This document shows positions 51,601 through 64,000 of a DNA stretch of 64,000 nt, one piece after another (the first letter of the stretch is position 1; each line of letters starts with the position of its first letter). The notes beneath the pieces were generated by a model. That model had not been told where the DNA came from and did not search any database. It saw only the letters and a list, made by a program, of their open reading frames with translations. The position numbers and the translations under genes are program-made. Source of the stretch: Utricularia gibba (Eukaryota; Plantae; Magnoliophyta); the NCBI GenBank assembly GCA_002189035.1, contig NEEC01000018.1, forward strand, positions 1,798,001 through 1,862,000, written 5' to 3'.

Positions 51601-51897
51601 AGACAAAATGGAACTCCATGTCATGTAGTTGGCGAAGCTTAAAAGGCCTTGCAGGTGCTCCAGTCCTCCATGGGAGGATCTTCGAGATGCAAGATCGCTG
51701 CGCTCTATGGAGGTAATAGTTTTGTTGTTGGAGAATATGCGCGTTTGTGAAGTAATCTGTGCTTTATGATCACTACCCATTTTGGCTTTATCCTTGTACT
51801 CTTGTATCAAGGTGGAAAGTGTATGAAATCCCAGGTGCAGTTTAATCTACACACCATGCTTCATAGTTGGCTCAAACTGAATTTCAGATGGTACATT

Positions 51898-52306
51898 TCA
51901 AGGCAAATAGAAGCTCTTTTCACAGTCATCGGAGCATGTTGCGACGCATCCGTCCACCGTTTCTCCATCTTCAATGCATCAAAAACCAGCACAAGTGATC
52001 CAGCATACACTACAGAACACACTAAAACATGCACAGCATGATGACCAGTTGAGGCTTACTGAGCTTCTTCTCCCTGGAGCTCAAACCAGAACACCTTGCC
52101 AGGGCACATCCAAGTTTACAGAATCCCAGGCTGCTGCTGGCCTCGCCTAGTTCGTCATCCCGGAGAAGATGCATTCTTTGAGGCAACTGGTGGAGCAGGT
52201 GCACAGGTTCTGAGAAGGCTTGATGGTGCACAAGATGAGCAGTTTCTGTAGCAGTCGCTGAATGAAGCACGACACCAACAAGTGCTTTCACCTTCTCCAT
52301 ACCCAT
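51898..52306 (-). pseudogene. Thionin-like (thionin-like protein 2 type) Cys-rich peptide gene with three -1 frameshifts; either a pseudogene/neo-ORF or an assembly artefact
   Basis: Family motifs are spread over three frames: ASFSDCYRNC / LILCTIKPSQNLCTCSTSCLKECIF / FCKLGCALARC; intron 51969-52059; exon 2 NGETVDGCVATCSDDC. Confidence 0.75.
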
Positions 52307-52582
52307 CTTCCTTTTCCTCAACTAAAGACGAAGGCAACAGCTTATAGTCCCAATGCCAGTAAAAAAAATGCGGATGGATTAGAAATCTGACCATCCTTAA
52401 ACAAGTGTGAAAAAATTGGCTATATTCAGTTCAAATTTTTTATCTGAATGTGTTAAAAAATGGAAGGATGGTCAATTTTGTAAATAACCTCGTAAAATAC
52501 AATAATATGAGTGTTTTAATGTTTCGGATATCCTGTCAAATAAACTTTTAATGATGAGAAATTGAAATTATTTTATAATATT

Positions 52583-52617
<35 letters not shown>

Positions 52618-52898
52618 ATTCAAAATTAATTGTTATGATTTTTTTAAGAAAAATATTTTACAATTTATGTTACAAAATGGTAAAAATTCTGAAATTACTT
52701 CTTATTTTAACGATAATGAGAGAATTTTTGATACAGTGGGATTGGCCTGGTGGAGAGAGAGCTCCCGTCGTCTTGCATTCTGTCGTAGGGCTGCTGCAGA
52801 TAAACCCAACGTAACCGCTGCCCAGCCGAATCCGGTATCGCTCTAGTTGTTTCTCCGAGACTCTTTTGGGATTGCACCTACACTCGCCGCTTTCTGCA

Positions 52899-55800
52899 AT
52901 GGGCGGTTCACTTCCTCCCAAAGAGTCCAACCTTTTCAAGCTTCTTGTTGTAAGTCAGCGTGTGTATTCTTGGTGGTTGTTTTCGTTGTGATTCTTCAAT
53001 GGCGTGGTTCTTTATCCAATTAAATAATTGTATCTGCAGAGATCATATGAAACCAAGCAGTACAAAAAGGGCGTAAAGGCTGCTGATGCAATATTGAAGA
53101 AATTCCCTGATCATGGAGGTATATGCGCGGTTTGAGATTTTTACTAGCACTTGAATTAAGTTCATGAATGCAGAAAGATTTGTTCATTAAGGAAGTTTGT
53201 ATACGTTAATCTCCTCAAGAACATGGTATTTCCAGTTACTAGGACTTCGTCTGGTATGTGAGCGAGGTGGAGAACATGAAAACCTTTTCAGCTTTGTTTC
53301 TATATGAATGCATTTCATTCTTTGATATCCTACCTGTTTCCAATTTTTCGGTAACTGTCACTGAAGGGTGCATATTTCTTTTTCTGAAGAAACTCTATCG
53401 ATGAAGGGTTTGATTCTGAATTGCATGAACCGCAAGTCAGAAGCATATGAGCTTGTTAAACAGGGATTAAAGGTTATTTTTCATACTTTTTTTACCTCAT
53501 AACTGTATTCGAATTTACTCTGTGATACCTGCAGTTTCTAAATTTTTTCTACAGAATGATCTTAAGAGCCATGTCTGCTGGCACGTTTATGGTCTTCTAT
53601 ATCGCTCAGACAGGGAGTACAGGGAAGCAATTAAATGCTACAGGAATGCTCTGAAAATTGATCCTGATAATATTGAAATTTTGCGAGACCTGTCTCTTTT
53701 ACAGGTATCGGATAGTTTACGTGCCCATCGTGTGTGCACAGTACGATAGCTGCTTCTGTGTTATTCTTATTTAGCTATTATGCACCAAAAGTGTGGTTGG
53801 TTCTCACTCTCATTTTTTGAATAAAAAGTAAGGTGCAATTACTTTATTTTTAAAACTTTCCAGGTATTGAGAAATGACATGGCCAACATTTACTATGATG
53901 TGCAAACTTTTGCTTATGCAGCTGATGTGTTGTTTCAATGATATTTTACAGGCACAAATGCGTGACTTGGAGGATTTTGTTGAGACAAGACAGCAATTAC
54001 TTACCTTGAAACCAAATCATCGTATGAATTGGATTGGATTTGCCGTTGCTCAGCACTTGAACTCAAAGTAATGTCCTTGCATGCCAAATTTAGTTCTATT
54101 TACTTATTGCTTTATGTCCTTCTCTATTTTCTATAAGTTTATAAATCTTCAAACGGGTTATTGAGATAATAAGTCAACCTACCCAGCTTTTGATACACTT
54201 GTTGTATACTAGTCTCGCACTTCCTTTTTCATATACCCAATGGAATGCTTGAGATTAGACTAAATAAAATTTCTGAAAGATGTCCCATTGAGAAAATTGG
54301 TGATTTTTTTCCTGAAATATTGTATTTTGGCTTTATGGTCAAAATTTCTTGTATTTTGGTCTGATCTTTTGGGATCATTCATTCTCTATGTCACATTTGG
54401 GTTTCTTATTTCATTGTAGTGGATCAAAGGCAATTGACATCCTTGAGGCGTATGAAGGTACACTTGAGGATGATTACCCTCCTGAAAATGAATCTTGCGA
54501 GCATGGAGAGATGCTTTTGTACAAGGTATTTCGCTCAGAGGATGCATAATAGCTCCTGAAATAATCCTCACGTGATTCCAAGAATTTATGTTGTTATTAG
54601 TAAATATGTTTGTCATCCCGTTTTTGTAAGATATATGGGCTGGATTCTGCTGGCATTTGCTCACATGGTTCCTTTTTTTCTTTCCTTCCCACGATGATTA
54701 ATGATTTACCCCTACACATAAAGTATGTGCCGTTGTGCATTGCATGAGTAGCCAGTAAGGTGGGCAAGGATAACGATAAGATTTTGATTTAACTAGAAAT
54801 GGTCCCTAATGATGCTGCTTTTCCATAAAATGTCGTATATTTTGTACGGTATTACCATATACTATTTATTAATCTCGTTGAGTCAATATTTGCATTCAGG
54901 TTTCATTACTAGAAGAGTGTGGTTTAATAGAGAGAGCTCTTCAGGAGTTGCGCAGGAAAGAACCCAAAATTGTGAGCTTTTTTTTTTTTTTTTGGTAATG
55001 TTGCATTGACACGAACATATTTCTATTGAGACATTAACCTGTGTTCCATCTCCTGCAGGTGGATAAGTTATCTTACAAAGAGCAAGAAGTTTCCCTGCTG
55101 GAGAAGCTCGGTCATTTTGATGAAGGAGAAGAACTATACAAGAAATTGCTTTACTTGAATCCTGACAATTATAGGTGGGTCACAGTATGTCATTCGGTTC
55201 TGTAAGGACCGTCTTTTGAACTGCTTTCGAACGCAATACACATGAATTTTTTTTTTTATAGTTTTTAATGGTATTAGGTACTATGAAGGTCTCCAAAGGT
55301 GTATGGGTCTATATAATGCTAACAATCAGTATTCCCCTGATGAATTGGATAAACTTGAGGTCCTGTATGCGTCTCTAAGACAGCAGTACAATAGGTCATC
55401 TGCAGTCAAGGTAGTGAATGCTTTTGCTAGCTATCATTGGTTTTTCTCTTTAGTATGATTTGCCTTTTGAACTTTTTATGCATGATGCATTTAAGATTGT
55501 TTTAACAGAGGATACCGCTTGATTTCCTATCTGGTGAAAAATTCCGCCTGGCTGCTGATATTTATATTAGACCATTTCTGGCAAAGGTTTCGTCTACCAC
55601 TTTTTTATTCACGATTGGTATTACCAAAATCATGCTGCATGCTTATGATAGTGTTTTTTACTTGATGCACGTATAGGGCATTCCTTCACTTTTTTCAGAT
55701 CTTTCTCCTCTATATGATCATGCAGGAAAGGTTAGTGGATTCTTCCGTGCACCCTGTCTGTTTTTTTTTTTTTGGGGGGGGGGGGGGTTTAAATCCGGAT

Positions 55801-58800
55801 TTGTTTGTATTTGTTGAAGATCTATCGTTAAATTCTTCTATAGGGGGATGTTCTTGAGCAGGTTGTTCTTGAGCTGGAGAGCTCTCTTAAAAGTACTGGT
55901 GGTTTTCCTGGGGGTACGATCTTTTATTTTTAAAGAATTACATGTGCATTAATTTTAGATTTATTACTCCTTGGTGCATATCTTCTGCAAAGTAGCTTCA
56001 ATGAATGCAAACTTCTTCTTGAGTTAGGGCTAGGGTTGATGTGGTCTACCCACTATTTCCCCCATGGTCGTATTGTTTCTTTTTATATTTTGATGATAAT
56101 TATGCTTGGCTGCCAAACAGAAACGGCAGGGAGTCACCCCCAACACTTATGTGGACTCTTTTCTTCTTGGCTCAGGTTTTTTTTTCTTATTTTTCATTTG
56201 TGGCTTTTGATGCCCTTCGTGTCCAGGAGGATTTCTTTTTTATACTGAGGATTGTTTTTTATTTGCAGCATTATGACAGATGTGGTCATTATGATATTGC
56301 TCTGAGGAAAATTGATGAGGCCATAGAACACACCCCAACTGTCATAGATTTGTACTCAGTAAAGGTATTTTATAATCTAGTACTGTGAAATCGTGGCGTT
56401 TAATGCTTCTTTACGGGATTTGGGGATGACTGGGTTTCAACACTACCTCCTTTGAGTTCTCTTGCCTCACGTAGTGGACCTGAGTGCATGATTTTTTTCT
56501 TAGTGTGGTAAAATTTCCAATGCATGTTTGGGTTGAAGATTTTACCTAACTGGGAGACTCCGTTGATGTGCATGAGTTAATCCATTTCTGGCACATTGCA
56601 GAGCAGGATACTGAAGCATGCTGGCGATCCCATAGCTGCTGCTGCTTCTGCTGATGAAGCCAGGAAGATGGACCTCGCAGATCGTTATGTGAATAGTAAA
56701 TGTGTCAAACGGATGCTGCAAGCAGACCAGGTTTGATGCATCATCTTTCTTCTTTCCACAAGTTCTTAATGTTGATACTAGTCCTTGTGAACCCTGGGAT
56801 TTTACCTTTGTATTAATATATATATTTTTTGTTTTAATACAGGTCGAATTAGCAGAAAAGACAGCTCTCTTGTTCACGAAAGATGGGGAACAGCAGAATA
56901 ACCTTCATGATATGCAGTGCATGTGGTATATGTTATTATTCCTTTCATTTTACTGTGTTTCAATATTTCTATGAAGGTGTGCTCAATCTTTACATCAAAC
57001 TTTCTCTTTATGTATTCAAGGTACGAACTAGCCTCTGGAGAAAGTTATCTTCGTCAGGGGGATCTTGGACAGGCTTTGAAGAAGTTCCTGGCTGTTGAAA
57101 AGCATTATGCAGACATTACTGAAGATCAATTTGACTTTCACTCCTACTGCCTAAGAAAAATGACCTTACGCAGTTATGTTGAAATGTTGAAGTTTCAGGA
57201 CCGCCTTCACTCATTTTCTTATTTTCGAAAAGCAGCTGCTGGTTGCATTAGGCATGCTTTTTTTTTTATGCAAGTGCTTTATTTTTCTTATTTTATTAAG
57301 GAAATTTACATTGTTTTTTCTTCTGTACGTTAGTCATGAGACTATTTTGATGTGCATTTATGCAATACAATCCTTCCTCAAGTTGGCTAAACATGAGTAA
57401 TGCTGATTATTTTTTATTTGTTTTGATTTCGCATGTACTTGTCAGATGCTACCTGAAGCTTTATGATTCTCCATCTAAGTCATCTATTGACGAAGAAGAA
57501 GAAATATCAAAACTGCCTGCCTCTCAGAAGAAGAAGTTGAGGCAAAAACAAAGGAAAGCTGAAGCCCGGGCCAAGAAGGTTAGCTAGATTTGCCACCAAA
57601 GCTTAAAAAATAATCCGTTTCATGTATTCTTATGGGAAGAATCACATCTACATAGGAAGTGGTCAAAGGAGATTCAAATGATGCAACATTTTCAAAATCC
57701 GGGAAGCACCAGTCGAAACCCATTGATCCTGACCCACATGGAGAAAAGCTAGTGCAGGTAACTAGGGGATTGTTATTTGATCATTGATCGCACTGTAGAT
57801 TATTATTTTGCAAGTAATGATTTTTTCACAGATCAGTCATCTTTCTTGCCCTCTGCTGTTCTTAGTGCCGCTGGTGCAACAGTTTGACTTAAGATTTTGC
57901 TTAAAAAATAGGTGGAAGATCCTCTTGGAGAAGCAACGAGGTACCTGAAGCTACTCCAGAAGCACTCTGCAGAATCGTTAGAGACCCATTTTCTATCTTT
58001 TGAAGTTAATATGAGAAAGCAGAAAACGCTACTAACATTGCAGGTTTATTTTACACACATTTTTCTTTCATAGTCAGTTTTCTTTTGGCATCTACCCTTC
58101 CATTACCATACACCAAAATTATGGAAGGTTGTTCTAATGGACCTTATTGCAAGTGCTTTGTGTGAAGTGTCAGTATATTAGTGAAGAAATATTATTGCTT
58201 GAGTCGTTCCTTCTTGTATTTATGACTTCTCTTTTGCTTTTGTAAATGATATATGTAGATTTTGCCTCCGAACCCCCATCCCTCTATGATTAATTTGCCA
58301 AAGTAGCGGTCTTGGTTCTTGGAGAATATATAAAGTAAGATTTTGTTTCCAAATTTTCCTCAGGCTGTCAAAAATATGGTTCGGCTAGATGCAGATAACC
58401 CGGACACTCACTGTTGCCTGGTATTGGGTTTATACCTCTTTACAGGTTTTCATGTAGGACTATATTTATTCGCATTTCACTTCATGTAGATAAGGTTTTT
58501 CCATAAAGTGGGATCCTTAGGCATGCCTTCAACGGATGCTGAAAAAATTGTCTGGGCTGTCTTAGAAGCTGAGAGACCCGCATTCAGGTTTCTATTCCCC
58601 GGTTCATCATGCCTTAAATGGTGTCTGTTCCTTTGTGACTATATTGTTTCCTTGCATAATTCATTCATCTAGAAACTGTTGTTTTTTTCATCATGATTAT
58701 TTTTTCTATGGCCTGATTTTAGCAAAATGATCTGGTTACTAAGATGTGTGGCACTCTCATTTCATGTTTTCCTTTCAGTCAACTGAATGGGAGATCTATT

Positions 58801-59563
58801 GCAGATGCTAACACTCTTTTTCTCGAGAAACATCGAGGTAATGATTGTGGAACCCTTTTCTCTTGCTTTTTTTTTGTGATAGTTTTTTTTTTTAAAACAG
58901 CAGACTCGTTGAGGCATAGGGCTGCTGCTGCTGAAATGATGTTCGTGATTGAACCAAACAAAAAAAAAGAAGCACTAAACCTGATAGAAGAATCATCTAA
59001 TGACCTGGTTACAGCGTATGCTTTTCTATACATTTCTGTAGGCATCGAAATGTCTGCTCCCTTTTCCTGATCATTTTTTAGCTTCAGATGCCGGGAAGTC
59101 AAACCCACTGAGAAGTGGAGGCTCGGGGGCTGTATAGCCGCACATAAGCTTCTAGAGAACATTTTGGAAGACCAAGAAGCTGCAACAAGTACGGCTTCGG
59201 TTTTTTGTTCTTGTATTGTCAATGCAGAATTCATGCTAGAGCTTTAAAGTTAACGAGCGTACGACTAGTACGCTAGTCTCCCCATGGGACAAACGCTATG
59301 CCTAAATTTGAAGTTTTTTTTCCTCAAATCTTTTGTTTTGTTTTTTTGCAGGATGGAAGACTCGATGTGCCGAATACTTTCCCTACTCGACATACTTCTT
59401 GGGCAGACTAAGCTCAGCTGTCTCCACGTCACCCTACTCCCAAAACCAGCAACCCGAGAATGGCCCCCTAGGCAGCTCAGCTACTAACATCAGTAGATCG
59501 ACTCTGTCATCCAGCGGGAATGTAGACAATTTGCGGAAGTTCCAGGATATTATGATCCACTAG
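52899..59563 (+). CDS. NAA15: NatA N-terminal acetyltransferase auxiliary subunit NAA15
   Basis: [87 protein letters not shown]. Confidence 0.96.
55761..55787 (+). repeat. Adjacent T13-G14 homopolymer in an NAA15 intron
   Basis: Read directly. Confidence 0.9.
57252..57445 (+). other. Probable GC-AG intron in NAA15
   Basis: ATTAG|GCATGC...GTCAG|ATGC gives GCIRCYLKL, the expected conserved junction. Confidence 0.65.
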
Positions 59564-60274
59564 GAAACAAGTACAGTATTACTGAATCCAGAAGGTTCAA
59601 GTAGAAGAAACAAGGCAATACATCATACCATTCACTTTTTTTTTGGCTGATTGATTTACGATTTGGTGCATAAAACTGACTCCAGGTTCATGTAAATCTA
59701 TAAATTCCTCCTCAGTTGCCCATGGTGTTTTTCTCCTCCTCTTTTTTCCCGGGGACAAGATGAAAGATTTAGCAGCTGAAGATCGCAGGGACAGTGCTGA
59801 AGCCTCACAAGGAAGATCGTTTCACAGAAATATGAATTCTTACAACCCAAACACCAGACCAGCAGCCTGTCGTGGTTCCTGCTCATCTTTGACATCATGT
59901 ACAAATGCTATTTCTGTGATCAAAATTTTGGATTTTGCTAAGAGATTGCAGTATGATCAACCATATATCTCATCTCCAATTGCTTATACTGATATGGAAT
60001 GGAACCTTTCATGTGAAATATAGCTTTACCAGCAACAGCACCATCCCTCCTGCAATGCTGGATGGTGCTTACTCGTCACCTTCCTGGTTTCTGGTTTTTT
60101 TTTGCTGCAGGAAATGCGCAGGTTTGCAGGTTTTCTGTGATGGGTGAGCACATTTGCAGAAAAGGAGAGCCCAGTAGTTTGGTTAGAAGCCCAATATACA
60201 AATCAAAAGGCCCAAGTTTTCGTCATTTACTTTTGCTTTCATTTTGGTGTTTCTGGAATCTGGAGATATCAGCG

Positions 60275-61139
60275 ATGTCGAGCTCGTGGGCACAAGCGTT
60301 GGTTAAAATCTCGCCGTACACCTTCTCCGCCATCGGAATCGCTATCTCCATCGGAGTTTCGGTCCTCGGCGCGGCATGGTATCGTTCATCTCTGGTCGTT
60401 TTTGCTGCTTTGCGTCGTTGCGCGGATTGATCATTAGATGCAGTTGCTTGACTGAACTGAATTTTGGTGCAAATATAGGGGAATTTATATTACTGGGAGT
60501 AGCTTGATTGGTGCTGCCATAAAAGCTCCCCGCATCACGTCTAAAAACCTAATCAGGTACCTTTTGATTGTTGGTACTTTCCTCAAATTTGTGGATATAC
60601 AGATCGGTAGTCGGTAAAAGTCGTGTTCTTCTTCATTATATAATGTTGAAAACTGCTTTTTTGTATAGTGTTAGGTATGAGTGTTTCTAAAATGAGGTAA
60701 GCTTGTTTCTTTGATTCCTTCAGTGTCATTTTTTGTGAGGCTGTGGCCATATATGGAGTCATAGTGGCGATCATTCTTCAAACTAAGCTCGAAAGCGTTC
60801 CAAAGTCACAGATTTACGACCCTGAGTCTCTCAGAGCAGGATATGCCATCTTTGCATCTGGAATAATAGTGGGTTTTGCGAACCTTGTTTGTGGGTAAAC
60901 AGTATTCTTCTCGCATCTTCAGTATCCGTTCCTGCGAAATACCTCGCTCATGTTTTTGGGCATCAACTAGGCTTTGTGTTGGGATCATTGGAAGCAGCTG
61001 TGCTTTGTCTGATGCACAAAATTCCTCCCTCTTCGTGAAGATCCTTGTCATCGAGATATTCGGAAGTGCACTTGGATTGTTTGGAGTCATTGTTGGCATT
61101 ATCATGTCTGCTCAAGCAAGCTGGCCATCCAAGGCTTGA
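60275..61139 (+). CDS. VHA-c'': V-type H+-ATPase proteolipid subunit c''
   Basis: [88 protein letters not shown]. Confidence 0.95.
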
Positions 61140-61756
61140 TGATGGCTCACCCCATTCTGTATGCTAAATCTTAAGCTTTTTTAATGACTTATATTCACAT
61201 CTTTCCTTCCATTGAGTGATCCCTAACTCTCTCTCCGATGTTCATTCATGTGCAACTAGGGACAATGGATCATGATGGAGATCTAGAGCCAACCAAAACT
61301 CAAAGCAATTCATTCGCCTGGTTGGTTGCCTCTACCTTTGCGCCTCTGCGAATCAATTTTTACCACTCCTGAGTCCTCAATTCAACGATCAGCAGTCTGC
61401 TTGATTATATTGTTTGAGTTGCATGAACTGTTGTGTTGTATATTTCCATCTTTCTTGTAGAAAGTAGAAACCCGAGGTTTATTTTCATCCTTCATCCGTA
61501 TACATGACACTAAACCGTGACCAGTTGTCTGCTTGGTTATGTGATTTGATACATGAAACTTTTATGCATCGACATGCTCTAAAATTAATTTTTCTAGTCA
61601 CTCACACCAGAAGAGAGCCACCAAAAGATCACATTTTTCTAGTTCCAGAATCTTAATCCAGGGCAAGCTTCAACAAGAATTCGATAGCAAACAGAATCAG
61701 GCATACCCATCAGCACAGAACAACACAAGAGATCCGAATCAGCACAGAATCAAAAA

Positions 61757-61954
61757 CTAAACCTCCATGAAAGGGTAGTCATGACTAGTGAATTCCCATA
61801 TTCCTTTAGATTCATAGTCCCTTTTCTTGAAGATGATCGAGGCATGTGGAGAACAGTTTTTCTGCTGTCCTGTGTCTTCTTTATACAAAATGGGTTCCCC
61901 TAACATGGCCTTGAAGATTGCATACAACAGCACAGAAATTCCCATGCAGAGCAT
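61757..61954 (-). CDS. Candidate small ORF (65 aa) with an N-terminal hydrophobic segment
   Basis: MLCMGISVLLYAIFKAMLGEPILY...; followed on the minus strand by a GT-rich 3'UTR-like tract. No family recognised. Confidence 0.2.
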   Translation of the reverse strand: MLCMGISVLLYAIFKAMLGEPILYKEDTGQQKNCSPHASIIFKKRDYESKGIWEFTSHDYPFMEV

Positions 61955-62271
61955 AGAGCACGACAGGCCCTCTGTTATGAGTTGGGAACCAAGTAAGGAG
62001 TTCTTTCTTCTGAATCACTTTGGATCCTGTGCGAATTCAGGCGCCAGGGCTCTTAAACTGATAAAGATTCGATTTTTATTAAATTAGAATGTTATGAACT
62101 ATTCACCCATTCAATATTCTTAAAATATTTGGTAGGGTTTGGATAACGGGAACCGACTTAACATCCGTCTGCCCCAAATCGGAACCCTGCGTATCTCCGG
62201 TCCTCTTCCGGCGAATTCCTTCTGCCTTCCTTTTCAATTCCTGAAATCGGCTGCTCCAGTGATCCCTGAAG

Positions 62272-64000
<1,729 letters not shown>

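Noticed and set aside
60062-60274. In-frame upstream extension of VHA-c'' (ATG at 60140)
   Set aside because: It overlaps site II promoter motifs, so it probably lies upstream of the TSS; the family N-terminus starts at MSSSW.

Overview
Gene-dense plant (eudicot-like) nuclear genomic DNA. It holds about 21 intron-containing or single-exon protein-coding loci in 64 kb (about one per 3 kb), many introns of 65-100 nt, AT-rich spacers and almost no transposon content, as in a very compact genome. In order: CAD-family 3' end, DEAD-box RH10, AT-hook AHL, plastid pyruvate kinase, SAM methyltransferase, peroxisomal LON2, a 60-aa conserved small protein, RLCK-VII kinase (PBL19-like), LRR-IV receptor kinase, cornichon, SPX-MFS, IQD, phytyl ester synthase, RPL37, DDX11/CHL1, an OVATE-like protein, CFM3, a thionin-like gene, NAA15, V-ATPase c'' and the 5' part of SRP54. 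The most notable observations are: (1) a thionin-like gene in which three -1 shifts restore frame, replacing the Cys-rich N-half with a His-rich sequence while sparing the 6-Cys acidic domain; (2) five more single-base frameshifts at G/C runs in four other genes, most likely consensus errors; (3) a telo-box cluster enclosing a 25S-rRNA-antisense element next to a CUGA box (candidate snoRNA); (4) a 54-bp duplication at the RH10 N-terminus and an AT-AC-like intron nested inside a GT-AG intron of the same gene. Family assignments come from recognising motifs by eye; no database search was run.
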